Source: Candidatus Tayloriibacteriota bacterium (lineage in GTDB: Bacteria > Patescibacteriota > Minisyncoccia > Phycocordibacterales > PALSA-1337). Taken from it: 64,000 nt of DNA. The DNA is taken from positions 597 to 64,596 of the forward strand of contig JBAXUB010000005.1 in assembly GCA_037129895.1 (NCBI GenBank), written 5' to 3'. The translations under genes and the position numbers were made by a program. The notes below the pieces were generated by a model, which did not search any database, had not been told where the DNA came from, and saw nothing but the letters and a program-made list of their open reading frames with translations. Within the stretch, counting starts at the first letter, position 1. Each line of letters starts with the position of its first letter. Positions 17,270 to 26,803 of the stretch are shown here, piece by piece.

Positions 17270-19165
17270 ATGTTTACAATTACCAGATCTGAGAAAAATC
17301 CTATACTCTCGCCAAACGAAGACCATCCATGGGAGTCTAATGCCGTTTTCAACGCGTCTCCGGTTGTACATAAACGAAAGATGTGTCTAGTGTATCGTGC
17401 CATGTCAGGGCCAGACCTCTTGAAGGAGCCGCATATACGAACATCAGTCATCGGACGAGCATTCCAAAGTGGTGGAGAGTACACAGATAGAAAGGTTCTC
17501 GTTAATGCAGATACTGATTTTGATCGATATGGCTGTGAGGATCCTAGAGTGACCAAAATGGATGGTAAATATTATATTTTTTATACAGCGCTTGGCGGTT
17601 ATCCATATTCTGCAGAGAATATTCGCATAGCGGTTGCTGTATCAGATGACCTAGAGACTATCACTGAGAAGCATCTAGTAACAACTTTCAACTCGAAAGG
17701 CATGGCTCTATTCCCAGAAAAGATCGGCGGCAAATATGCAGCACTAGTTACGATCAATACCGATCAACCACCATCACAGATCTGTTATGTCGAGTGCGAC
17801 AAGATCGAGGACTTGTGGTCAGAAACATTCTGGGCTGATTGGTTGAAGAAAGTCGATACAAATAAACTGGATGTGAGACGAAGACCTGATGAGCATATAG
17901 AGTTAGGCGCAGCACCGATCATGACTGACCTCGGTTGGCTCATAGTCTATGCACATATACAGAGGTATGGTCATCCTGATCAGGCTTTTGGTATAGAAGC
18001 TGTGTTACTCGACAAGAAGTATCCGAGGAAAGTGATCGGCCGTACCAAGGGCCCATTCATGATTCCTGAAACGTATTATGAGAGGATCGGTGATGTACCG
18101 AATGTTATATTTCCATCAGGTGTTATGATCCGAAAAGGTAGGCTGGAGATACACTATGGTGCAGCAGATACACATTGTGCGATAGCGACTGTACCTATCG
18201 CGGAATTATTGCGAGCCATGACAGGAGATGACAAGAAAGTCGTCAAGCGTTTTCCAGGTAACCCTATAATTTCACCGAGGAATGGCTATTTCTGGGAGAC
18301 TTTGGGAACTCTGAATTCTGCTGCTATAGATATAGATGAGAAGATATATATCCTGTATCGTGCTGTGTCTGATAGGAATGTCTCGACTATAGGTTGTGCT
18401 ATCTCTCTAGACGGACTCACGATAAAGGAGCGTCTAGATAAGCCAGTGTATTCACCTCGAGAATCTATAGAGACCAATGGTTCTCAAAGTAATTTTGGCT
18501 GTGAAGATCCTCGACTCGTAAGGATCGATGACAAGATATTCATGATCTATACTGCATATGATGGAACAACGCCTAGAGTTGCGGTCACTTCTATAAGTGT
18601 GAAAGATTTTACAGCTAGACGTTTTGCCAACTGGTCGAAGCCAGAGGCGATCACACCAGCCGGTATACCTGACAAAGATGCTGTTATATTGCCAGAGATG
18701 GTCAATGGAAAATATATGGTGATACATCGTGTTAATGAAAGTATATGTGCGGATTTTGTTCCGTCTCTAGATTTTGTTAAAGAGAAAGTAAATAAATGTA
18801 TTGAAATATTGGGCCCTCGTCATGGCATGTGGGACGGTCTCAAGGTGGGTATCTCTACACCGGCGATAAAGACTGACAAGGGGTGGCTGCTCCTATACCA
18901 TGGAGTTTCGTGGAGTTCTATATACCGCGTGGGAGCAATATTACTCGACAAGGATGATCCGACTGTGGTACTCGCTCGTACTTCTGCGCCGATACTGGAA
19001 CCAGAAACAAAATATGAGACACATGGAATAGTATCCAGTGTCGTGTTTCCTTGTGGAACTGTTGTACGGAATGGTCTCATATACATCTATTATGGTGGAG
19101 GAGACAAGATCGTCGGAGTGGCAACTGTGAAATTGACTGATATAATGAAGATGTTGGAAGTCTAG
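17270..19165 (+). CDS. Tandem-domain GH130-family protein (two GH130 repeats)
   Basis: Two copies of the GCEDPR...YTA..G architecture with the NAS/NSAA N-terminal motif are present. Confidence 0.65.
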   Translation: MFTITRSEKNPILSPNEDHPWESNAVFNASPVVHKRKMCLVYRAMSGPDLLKEPHIRTSVIGRAFQSGGEYTDRKVLVNADTDFDRYGCEDPRVTKMDGKYYIFYTALGGYPYSAENIRIAVAVSDDLETITEKHLVTTFNSKGMALFPEKIGGKYAALVTINTDQPPSQICYVECDKIEDLWSETFWADWLKKVDTNKLDVRRRPDEHIELGAAPIMTDLGWLIVYAHIQRYGHPDQAFGIEAVLLDKKYPRKVIGRTKGPFMIPETYYERIGDVPNVIFPSGVMIRKGRLEIHYGAADTHCAIATVPIAELLRAMTGDDKKVVKRFPGNPIISPRNGYFWETLGTLNSAAIDIDEKIYILYRAVSDRNVSTIGCAISLDGLTIKERLDKPVYSPRESIETNGSQSNFGCEDPRLVRIDDKIFMIYTAYDGTTPRVAVTSISVKDFTARRFANWSKPEAITPAGIPDKDAVILPEMVNGKYMVIHRVNESICADFVPSLDFVKEKVNKCIEILGPRHGMWDGLKVGISTPAIKTDKGWLLLYHGVSWSSIYRVGAILLDKDDPTVVLARTSAPILEPETKYETHGIVSSVVFPCGTVVRNGLIYIYYGGGDKIVGVATVKLTDIMKMLEV

Positions 19166-19251
19166 GATCGGTAAACAGGGAGAATCAGAAATTAGGTATA
19201 ATCACAGGCGAGGTATTATTCTTAATTCTTGATACTTAATAATACTTACTT

Positions 19252-20007
19252 ATGGATAACAATATATCAAAATACGACCTCATAATGTTCGATCTCGATG
19301 GTACATTGGCACCGAGTAAGTCTGCTTTGGAGCCGGCTATGGCAGAAGCATTGGTTAAGTTATTGGCGAGAAAGAAGGTTGCTGTCATATCTGGTGGAAA
19401 TTATGCACAATTCGAGAAACAGTTCATAAGTAAACTGCCAATGACTGCGAATAACTTTAGTAACCTATACGTTATGCCAGTATCTGGATCATGTTTATAT
19501 ATCTGGAATGGTGATTGGGAACTGCAGTATGCTGAGAATCTATCACCTGGCGAGAAAGTGATGATCAGACAGACTCTAGGTGATGCGTTGAAGGAAGCCG
19601 GTTTCGTGGCAGAAGAGAACAAGTACGGTGATCTCATCGAAGACCGTGGTTCTCAGATAACTTTCTCGGCCCTCGGTCAACAAGCTCCGATAGAAGCAAA
19701 GAAAGGCTGGGATCTAGACAGAGTGAAGAGGCAAGCTATCGCCAAGATATTGGCCCCGAAAGTTCCGCAATTCGATGTGGTGATCGGGGGTATGACATCT
19801 ATCGATATCACTAGAAAAGGGGTCAACAAGGCTTATGGTATAAGGAAAATAGAGGGATACCTGAAACTTAGTCCTGAGAAGATATTGTTCGTGGGTGACG
19901 CCCTATTCGAAGGTGGCAATGACTTTCCAGCCAAGAGTGCTGGTGTTGATTGCAAACAGGTAAGTGGTCCGGAGGAGACTCTGGCTTGGATAAGTGGCTT
20001 ATTATAA
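19252..20007 (+). CDS. HAD-IIB phosphomannomutase-like protein (eukaryotic-type PMM fold)
   Basis: It has MFDLDGTL, ISGGNY, GGMTSIDITRKGVNKAYGI and FVGDALFEGGNDF motifs, which parallel PMM motifs. Confidence 0.6.
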   Translation: MDNNISKYDLIMFDLDGTLAPSKSALEPAMAEALVKLLARKKVAVISGGNYAQFEKQFISKLPMTANNFSNLYVMPVSGSCLYIWNGDWELQYAENLSPGEKVMIRQTLGDALKEAGFVAEENKYGDLIEDRGSQITFSALGQQAPIEAKKGWDLDRVKRQAIAKILAPKVPQFDVVIGGMTSIDITRKGVNKAYGIRKIEGYLKLSPEKILFVGDALFEGGNDFPAKSAGVDCKQVSGPEETLAWISGLL

Positions 20008-20153
20008 GCGCCAAATAGTGGTTGATTTTTGTTCGCATCTATGCTACAATACTAGCGTGTAAGTTTTCTCGTCACTTACGCGTTAGCAATTAATGACGTA
20101 GAGTTCCGCTAACGTGTTACTTTATGTGATTCGTGTCGCGGGTATAAAAGAAA

Positions 20154-20405
20154 ATGTCAAAGAGACTTTTCGTAGGCAGTCTTGCCTGGGGTACAACTGA
20201 GGCCACCCTGAAGAAGCACTTCGAACAGGCCGGCGCAGTTGAGTCAGCAGCAGTTATCATGGACAAGATGTCCGGTCGCTCAAAGGGCTTCGGCTTCGTT
20301 GAGATGGCAAGTGATGCTGATGCAGAATCAGCAGTTTCAAAGCTTAACGGCTCTGAACTCGATGGTCGCAAGATTGTCGTATCCGAAGCTCGCCCAAAGG
20401 CATAA
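20154..20405 (+). CDS. RRM-domain RNA-binding protein
   Basis: It has RNP-2 LFVGSL and RNP-1 KGFGFVEM motifs. Confidence 0.8.
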   Translation: MSKRLFVGSLAWGTTEATLKKHFEQAGAVESAAVIMDKMSGRSKGFGFVEMASDADAESAVSKLNGSELDGRKIVVSEARPKA

Positions 20406-20430
20406 TAGCTTTTAGGTGAGACTCAAGAAA

Positions 20431-20465
20431 ACACCCCGTAGTCGCGAGACTGCGGGGTGTTTTCG
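20431..20465 (+). terminator. Rho-independent terminator (ACACCCCG...CGGGGTGT + TTTTCG)
   Basis: A hairpin plus T-run was read directly. A near-identical terminator lies at 23212..23247. Confidence 0.6.
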
Positions 20466-20543
20466 TATGTGTGCAATGTGTGCATAAGTCTCTGAGGAGT
20501 ACTACCTTTGGTTTGTCGAATATATGATATATAATATTGGTAT

Positions 20544-23207
20544 ATGTCAAAAACTAATCGATTTAGATTATTAACTTCTCAGAGTTTTATTATAGGAGTA
20601 TTTTTTTCTTTTGTATTAATAAATTCAATATTTATATATCAGGCAAAAGTCGCAAATGGTGCGACACAGATTGGGACAATCTATGCAGCTAAGTGTGGTA
20701 CTTCATTCGACGGAAGAGCAATTCCCATATACGATCAATCTAGACCAGGTTGGCCAGATCAATGGTTTGTTGTAAATCAGTGTGCAGGTAGAGCAATTTC
20801 AAAAAATCCATATATTGTATTGACTGCTAATAAGACTATTCAACTTACATGCTGGGATCAATATTTAACAAATTACCAAGTTCTTGCAACTCATACTGGT
20901 ATAGGTACTTACAATGATCCTATAACTTCTTTTTGCAATTCAAGTAATGGCGATTTATCAACATATATCCGCATCATAGCAAATCCTGCACCAACACTTA
21001 TCTCTATGTCTACCACAACTATATCAAAAGGTGGACAAATGGTTAGTTTAAGTGGAACCGGTTTCTCGGGTACCAATAATACAATTCAAATATCAAGTAA
21101 TAATTCAACTTTTACAAATCTGACAACACAAAATAGTACAAATGGTACATCTATTGGACCAGTCAATATAGTAGTAAATACTGCTGGCAATTATTTCTTG
21201 CGAGTGAATAATACCAACGGTTCTACGAATTCGATTCCATTTAAGGTGGTGACTCCGTCTACACCTAGTGCTAGTGGAAGTGTATTGACAACAATACTTA
21301 CACCAGAGAAATTTACTGCGAATCCAGCAACAATCTTTCCAATATCTTTTAGTGGCTCAAATATTCCTTTTTCTGGCAATACCGTTCAAATATCAAAAGA
21401 TAATGTTTCGTTTTCGAATTTAGCTGTAACAGGTATTTCTGTAACTGGCAGCGGGTCTAATGAGTTTATAGATTTTAAAGCTGGGATGACAGGTTTTGGT
21501 ATTTTTTATATTAGAATTAGTAATAGTAAAGGTCTAAGTAATTCATTGCAATATAAAATCACACCGTATAACGTTCCTGCTCCGGCCACAACGACTATGC
21601 CTGTAGTTTCGAAGCTTAAACCTACGGATATTAGTGCTGTACCTCGGGTAACGTCAAGTGGTAGTACTGTCATTGATAACATCTCTATTGCATGGACTGA
21701 TCCGAATCAACCATCTATGGCTAGGAATTACTTGATTGAAAGATCAGTTGATTCAGGCTCCTATGTTGAAATAGCTAGAAAAGCTACCAATCAGGCGCTG
21801 TATTATGACGATCTTACATCTGTTTCAATGAATACTCCAAACATTCAATATCGGGTGAGGATCTTGTTTAATGATAGTTCTTACTCGAATTATTCAGATG
21901 TTGCCTCGGCTCATATATGTGGTGTTGATGTCGGTGATTTTCAGACTTCAAAAGATTTGAAAACTATATATAGTTCATTGCCAACCAATATGACAGGTAC
22001 TGTACCTATATCATGGCCACTTAGTGCACTTGCCGCTACTTTTTCAGGTCAAATTAATGAATCAATTGATAGTTATAAATTACCTGGTAAGTCCTTGTTT
22101 AATGCCCTTTTTATTGCTAAAGGGGAATTATCAAATCTTGAGCCGTCTACTCAGATGAAGGGTGTGAAATGGATTGTTGAGTCTATTAAAAATTTAGGTA
22201 AAAAATATAAATTAAGTCCTTCGGAAACAGATACATTGTTTGCGGGTCTATACGGAGGGGACGCGCCATTTGATGTTGTGTCGTTTAAGTTTGTTGGAGG
22301 TTCCGTATTGTTAGCTGGTGCTGGAAGCAAAGTTATGTACGAAGCCGTCAAGAAAGTCCCATCGTCATGGCCCAAATGTATAAATCTTGATTCATATAAA
22401 ATGAGAATAGTATTCCCATTTATGTCATCTCCGGTGGTAAATAGTGTAAACCAGACATCAGGGAACGAGGTTAATGTTTCTGGTTCCGGTTTTAGTGATA
22501 AGGGTAGTTTGATAAAACTTATACCGAAGCAAACCAGCTCAATGAATGTAAAAGTACCAGATACTGCAAACGTATTTGACGTATTTAATATATTGGAAAA
22601 TTTGTGGAGGTCATTGGTTCCATTTACAAATGGTCAGGTCGTAAATAATAAGTATTACGCTGTAGATAATGTAACCAGTTTTGATTCGAACACGTTTTCA
22701 TTTACTGTACCGGCGAATGTACCTGATGGTGTCTATAAAGTCAGTATTAGTAATATAAATAGTTTATGGGTGGATACTGAATATACGATAACAGTTTCTG
22801 GTCATGGTGCTGGTGATCCAAGCACGGCTATCGTAGATGACGATATCATTATTGGTGCTTCAGTACCTGGGACGCCAACACCTGTTGTGCCAGCGGGGTC
22901 TGGTGTAATATCATGCGAGTATAGAAATACGGCAGAATTTGATCGTTATGGAAGAATGCAGACAATACTATCAGTAAAGAGCGGTTTGCCTAGCGACAGT
23001 AAAAAGTATTTATACATGATGCACGCTACGACAATAGATCCTGCGCTTAAGTTGGTGAATCTCGGTTATCATTATCTCAACGAGAGTTGGAACTGGACCA
23101 TACCGGGCGCCGCAATAAATCTAAAAACACTTAAGAATGTCTATATTGACGTAAGTTTGAATTATAATGGAACGTTATTCAAGAAGGTTAGTTGTCAGCA
23201 AAAGTAA
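20544..23207 (+). CDS. Large secreted or membrane-anchored protein of unknown function (887 aa) with repeated Ig-like-looking segments
   Basis: It has an N-terminal hydrophobic signal/anchor and an S/T/N-rich repetitive composition. Confidence 0.55.
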   Translation: MSKTNRFRLLTSQSFIIGVFFSFVLINSIFIYQAKVANGATQIGTIYAAKCGTSFDGRAIPIYDQSRPGWPDQWFVVNQCAGRAISKNPYIVLTANKTIQLTCWDQYLTNYQVLATHTGIGTYNDPITSFCNSSNGDLSTYIRIIANPAPTLISMSTTTISKGGQMVSLSGTGFSGTNNTIQISSNNSTFTNLTTQNSTNGTSIGPVNIVVNTAGNYFLRVNNTNGSTNSIPFKVVTPSTPSASGSVLTTILTPEKFTANPATIFPISFSGSNIPFSGNTVQISKDNVSFSNLAVTGISVTGSGSNEFIDFKAGMTGFGIFYIRISNSKGLSNSLQYKITPYNVPAPATTTMPVVSKLKPTDISAVPRVTSSGSTVIDNISIAWTDPNQPSMARNYLIERSVDSGSYVEIARKATNQALYYDDLTSVSMNTPNIQYRVRILFNDSSYSNYSDVASAHICGVDVGDFQTSKDLKTIYSSLPTNMTGTVPISWPLSALAATFSGQINESIDSYKLPGKSLFNALFIAKGELSNLEPSTQMKGVKWIVESIKNLGKKYKLSPSETDTLFAGLYGGDAPFDVVSFKFVGGSVLLAGAGSKVMYEAVKKVPSSWPKCINLDSYKMRIVFPFMSSPVVNSVNQTSGNEVNVSGSGFSDKGSLIKLIPKQTSSMNVKVPDTANVFDVFNILENLWRSLVPFTNGQVVNNKYYAVDNVTSFDSNTFSFTVPANVPDGVYKVSISNINSLWVDTEYTITVSGHGAGDPSTAIVDDDIIIGASVPGTPTPVVPAGSGVISCEYRNTAEFDRYGRMQTILSVKSGLPSDSKKYLYMMHATTIDPALKLVNLGYHYLNESWNWTIPGAAINLKTLKNVYIDVSLNYNGTLFKKVSCQQK

Positions 23208-23211
23208 TATA

Positions 23212-23247
23212 AAACACCCCGTGGTCGTAAGACTGCGGGGTATTTTC
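23212..23247. terminator. Bidirectional hairpin terminator between convergent genes
   Basis: ACACCCCGtggtcgtaagactgCGGGGTAT has T-runs on both strands. Confidence 0.5.
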
Positions 23248-23248
23248 G

Positions 23249-23950
23249 TTAGTTTATATTCCTCCACCATTCACTAACAGGTGCATTCTTGATGATGTCT
23301 AAGGCCTGATCAACCGAGTCTACAATAGTGAATAATTCCAAGTCTCTTTCTTTGATAGTATGGAACTCGTTTAGCATGGTCTTTTTCAGGAATTCCCGCA
23401 CTTCATTCCAGAATAAAGAATTGAATAGAATGACAGGTACACGTGGGATCTTGCCAGTTTGGATCAGTGTGAGAACGCTGAATAATTCATCGAATGTGCC
23501 GAATCCACCAGGGAGGAATACATAAGCTTCAGCAGTGAAAGTCATCATCGCTTTTCTAGCGAAAAAGTATGAGAACTTCAAGTTTTCTGTCATGTATTCA
23601 TTGGATGTGTGATTGTGAGGGAGACTGATGTTGAAACCTAGAGATTTTCCACCAGCATCGAAAGCGCCTTTGTTGGCTGCCTCCATCGTTCCGGGTCCAC
23701 CACCGGTCAGGATCGCGTATGAAGTCTCTTTGGAAATACGATAAGCTAGTTCTGTAGCCTGTTTGTAGACTTCACTCTCTGGTCCTATCTGTGAAGAGCC
23801 GAAGATTGTAACTGATTTCGGATATTTACGTAAAAATTCGAAACTATCGGCAAATTCGTGTCGAATTCTCTCGAGGTGTTCCAATATCTCACCTCTGTGA
23901 ATATCTTTTCTCATGTCCTCATACTGAATGTGTGGTTTTGGTTGTGGCAT
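23249..23950 (-). CDS. LOG-family protein (cytokinin riboside 5'-monophosphate phosphoribohydrolase-like, TIGR00730)
   Basis: It has GGGPGTMEA and PGGFGTFDELF motifs. Confidence 0.75.
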   Translation of the reverse strand: MPQPKPHIQYEDMRKDIHRGEILEHLERIRHEFADSFEFLRKYPKSVTIFGSSQIGPESEVYKQATELAYRISKETSYAILTGGGPGTMEAANKGAFDAGGKSLGFNISLPHNHTSNEYMTENLKFSYFFARKAMMTFTAEAYVFLPGGFGTFDELFSVLTLIQTGKIPRVPVILFNSLFWNEVREFLKKTMLNEFHTIKERDLELFTIVDSVDQALDIIKNAPVSEWWRNIN

Positions 23951-23986
23951 AATGGTATCAGTATATCATATGACTATATTATTACC

Positions 23987-25252
23987 TTATGCAGGTTCCT
24001 TCTTCACGAATAATATGAATACGATCCAGCCAAGACCGATCACCCCTCCAGCAATATACACAGGTGCTGAAGGTGAGATATTAGCGGCCATCACGCCCGC
24101 CAATATTGGTGGAGATGTTTGGGCAAGGGCTTGTACGCTAGCATTGATACCGAGGATTTCGCCTTGGGATTCAGCTTTGGTACGGCGGCTCACAATACTC
24201 GGTAACGAGGCCATGCTGATGCCATTCGTAAAGGCGAATGTTGCACCGACGATCAGTAGCCCAACGGTGTGATTGGGTATATAGAATGAGAATATTGCAG
24301 CCGAACCTAGTAATAGGAATACTCGAAGCAGTACGAATTCATCGAATTTCTTACTCAATATACGCAATAATATGCCTTGAGAAAGTATCGCCCATATTCC
24401 GACGAATCCGATATAGTAGCCGATCTCTACTTGGTTATATCCAAATCCACTGATCAGGAATACACTGAAGAATGTGGCAAATAGTGCCAGTCCAGCTTGG
24501 AATAGGAAATTGGTGGCGAAAATCATACGCAAACTCTTCATTTTGTAAGCATCGAATATCTGAGTTATAGCACGATGCCACGTGATAACGAATTTACCAG
24601 AAAATGTGCGGGTCTCTCCCATTAAAATATATACGAGAACTCCATTTATGAGTGATATTATCGCAGCAAAGATAAATGGTGTTGATGCATTGAACCATGA
24701 GACCAAGTTCGGATCTGCGAGCACTCCGCCGATCACTGGACCAATGATGAATCCAACTCCATAAGCTGCACCGATCAACCCAAATCTCGAAGCGCGGAGT
24801 TTTGGTGGAGTTATGTCGGCGATCGCGGCTTGAGCAACAGAGAGATTGCCACCCATTATTCCACCGATGATCCTGGCGATAAATAGCATAGTCAAGCTTT
24901 TCATATAAATCCCTGTGGCAAAAAGGCCTAGGCTGAGTGCTGTACCAGCTAGAGCTAGTGTCATGATCTTGCGTCGTCCAACATAGTCGGAATATTCACC
25001 TAGAATTGGTGAAGAAAAGAACATGGCGATCGGGAATACGGCGATGAGTAGTCCGAGTATAATATATCCATAGGAGACTGGCACATATGTGGGAAGTAGG
25101 TAATAAGGTGAATTTGGGTTCGCGAGTAATTGAGGAACGATCGGTACGATGATTCCGTTGCAGATAAGGTCGAGGAATATTGCCATCAGAATGACTGGCA
25201 ATGCTCGGTTTGATTTTTTCATATCCAATAAGTATATCAGTAAGTAGGTCAT
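23987..25252 (-). CDS. MFS transporter (drug/H+ antiporter-like)
   Basis: It has 12 predicted TM segments with MFS signature loops. Confidence 0.7.
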   Translation of the reverse strand: MTYLLIYLLDMKKSNRALPVILMAIFLDLICNGIIVPIVPQLLANPNSPYYLLPTYVPVSYGYIILGLLIAVFPIAMFFSSPILGEYSDYVGRRKIMTLALAGTALSLGLFATGIYMKSLTMLFIARIIGGIMGGNLSVAQAAIADITPPKLRASRFGLIGAAYGVGFIIGPVIGGVLADPNLVSWFNASTPFIFAAIISLINGVLVYILMGETRTFSGKFVITWHRAITQIFDAYKMKSLRMIFATNFLFQAGLALFATFFSVFLISGFGYNQVEIGYYIGFVGIWAILSQGILLRILSKKFDEFVLLRVFLLLGSAAIFSFYIPNHTVGLLIVGATFAFTNGISMASLPSIVSRRTKAESQGEILGINASVQALAQTSPPILAGVMAANISPSAPVYIAGGVIGLGWIVFILFVKKEPA

Positions 25253-25323
25253 ATTTCATCATCTATCACACTGTGCTCTATATGGATTTGCTTGTATACA
25301 GTTTCTCCGCTAATCTTACATAT

Positions 25324-26685
25324 ATGATCAAATTCGATATCAAAGCACGTATAAAGAATGGTCGTGGAAGAGCGGGAGTTATCCAAACTCCGCATGGAGA
25401 GATAGAGACGCCGGCATTCATACCAGTTGGGACAAAAGCGACGATAAAAGCTGTAACTGCGGAGGAAGTGCGTGATCAAGTCGGTGCGCATGCGATTTTG
25501 GCGAATACATATCATCTATACCTACAACCGGGAACAGAAATCTTACGTAAAGCTGGAGGATTGGGTAAATTTATGAATTGGTCTGGTCCTACATTCACTG
25601 ACTCTGGAGGTTTTCAAGCGTTTTCGTTGGCTGGCGGTATGCAAGAACATAGGTCAAAGATACAGAATCCGGAGGCGGTTCGTGGAGGCAATGTGGATTC
25701 GCGTCAGCTCGGGGGAAAGATTCCTCCCGATTCCCCTCGAGGGTTTGAGGGAGGGATCTACTCCCCCGAAAAGGACGCGGAAAAGCAGACCCTCGCCAAA
25801 TTTGACGATGATGGCGTGTCATTCAAATCTATAATAGATGGTTCCTCACACAGATTCACACCAGAGAGATCAATAGAGATACAACATGATATTGGTGCAG
25901 ATATAATATTTGCATTCGATGAGTGTATATCGCCACAGGAATCCTATGAACGTCAGAAAGAAGCGGTAGAGAGGACGACGAGGTGGGCGAAGAGATGTTT
26001 AGAGGCACATGGTAAGGAGAAGGGAAGAAGGAAGGAGGAAGGATCTGAGAGGAATGATCAAGATGACGGGAGTGCCTTGTTCGGTATAGTTCAAGGGGGA
26101 CGTTATGAAGATCTACGTAAACAGAGTGCGCGTGAGATCGGGGCGATGGATTTCGAAGGTTTTGGTATCGGAGGTTCTTTTGATAAAGACGATATAGGTA
26201 CTGCAGTTGGGTGGGTTGCTGACGTGTTGCCGGAAAATAAACCGAGACACCTACTCGGTATTGGTCAGCCTATGGATCTAATCCTGGGAATAGAGAATGG
26301 AATCGATACTTTCGACTGTGTGGCGCCGACTAGGATCGCTAGAAATGGTTCGGTGTATGTGAGTGCGGGTGCATCGAGTGGTCCGATGGTGTCAAAAAAG
26401 TTCGGCTCTACGATCAATCTTTTGAATGCACAGTTTCGCGAGGACTTTACTCCAATAGATAATAATTGCGGTTGCTATACTTGCAAGAATTACACGAAAG
26501 CTTACTTGGCGCATCTATTCAGGGCCAAGGAAATGTTGGCTGCGACACTGGCTTCTATCCATAATCTGTATTTCTTGGTTAATCTAGTGAAGAGAGCGCG
26601 TCAGGCTATCATTGAAGGGAGATTTGAGGAATTTAAAAAGGGAATGCAGTTTGAAAAACTCCCATATACTATTTACATAAACTAA
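25324..26685 (+). CDS. tgt: Queuine tRNA-ribosyltransferase (Tgt) with two lineage-specific insertions
   Basis: It has MIKFDI...GRAGVIQTPHGEIETPAFIPVGT and the C-terminal zinc site CGCYTC. The start was moved to an internal ATG to avoid overlap with the MFS gene. Confidence 0.75.
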   Translation: MIKFDIKARIKNGRGRAGVIQTPHGEIETPAFIPVGTKATIKAVTAEEVRDQVGAHAILANTYHLYLQPGTEILRKAGGLGKFMNWSGPTFTDSGGFQAFSLAGGMQEHRSKIQNPEAVRGGNVDSRQLGGKIPPDSPRGFEGGIYSPEKDAEKQTLAKFDDDGVSFKSIIDGSSHRFTPERSIEIQHDIGADIIFAFDECISPQESYERQKEAVERTTRWAKRCLEAHGKEKGRRKEEGSERNDQDDGSALFGIVQGGRYEDLRKQSAREIGAMDFEGFGIGGSFDKDDIGTAVGWVADVLPENKPRHLLGIGQPMDLILGIENGIDTFDCVAPTRIARNGSVYVSAGASSGPMVSKKFGSTINLLNAQFREDFTPIDNNCGCYTCKNYTKAYLAHLFRAKEMLAATLASIHNLYFLVNLVKRARQAIIEGRFEEFKKGMQFEKLPYTIYIN

Positions 26686-26803
26686 TATTAGTGTTATCTT
26701 GACGTAATCTTAAGGATGGTCTCTTTAAGATTTAGTTCATTAACAACCTTCGAGTAGCGCAATACCTTCAGGGTATGCTGCTCGGCAAAGGAAGGAGTAA
26801 AGT

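Noticed and set aside
16360-19086. Antisense ORFs within the GH130 genes (16360..16728, 16380..16583, 18286..18477, 18452..18727, 18820..19086)
   Set aside because: They are embedded in strongly supported GH130 CDSs on the opposite strand.
25201-25323. Upstream start for tgt overlapping the MFS gene
   Set aside because: The N-terminal 41 residues are not Tgt-like and overlap the divergent MFS gene start. The conserved Tgt N-terminus begins at MIKFDIK.
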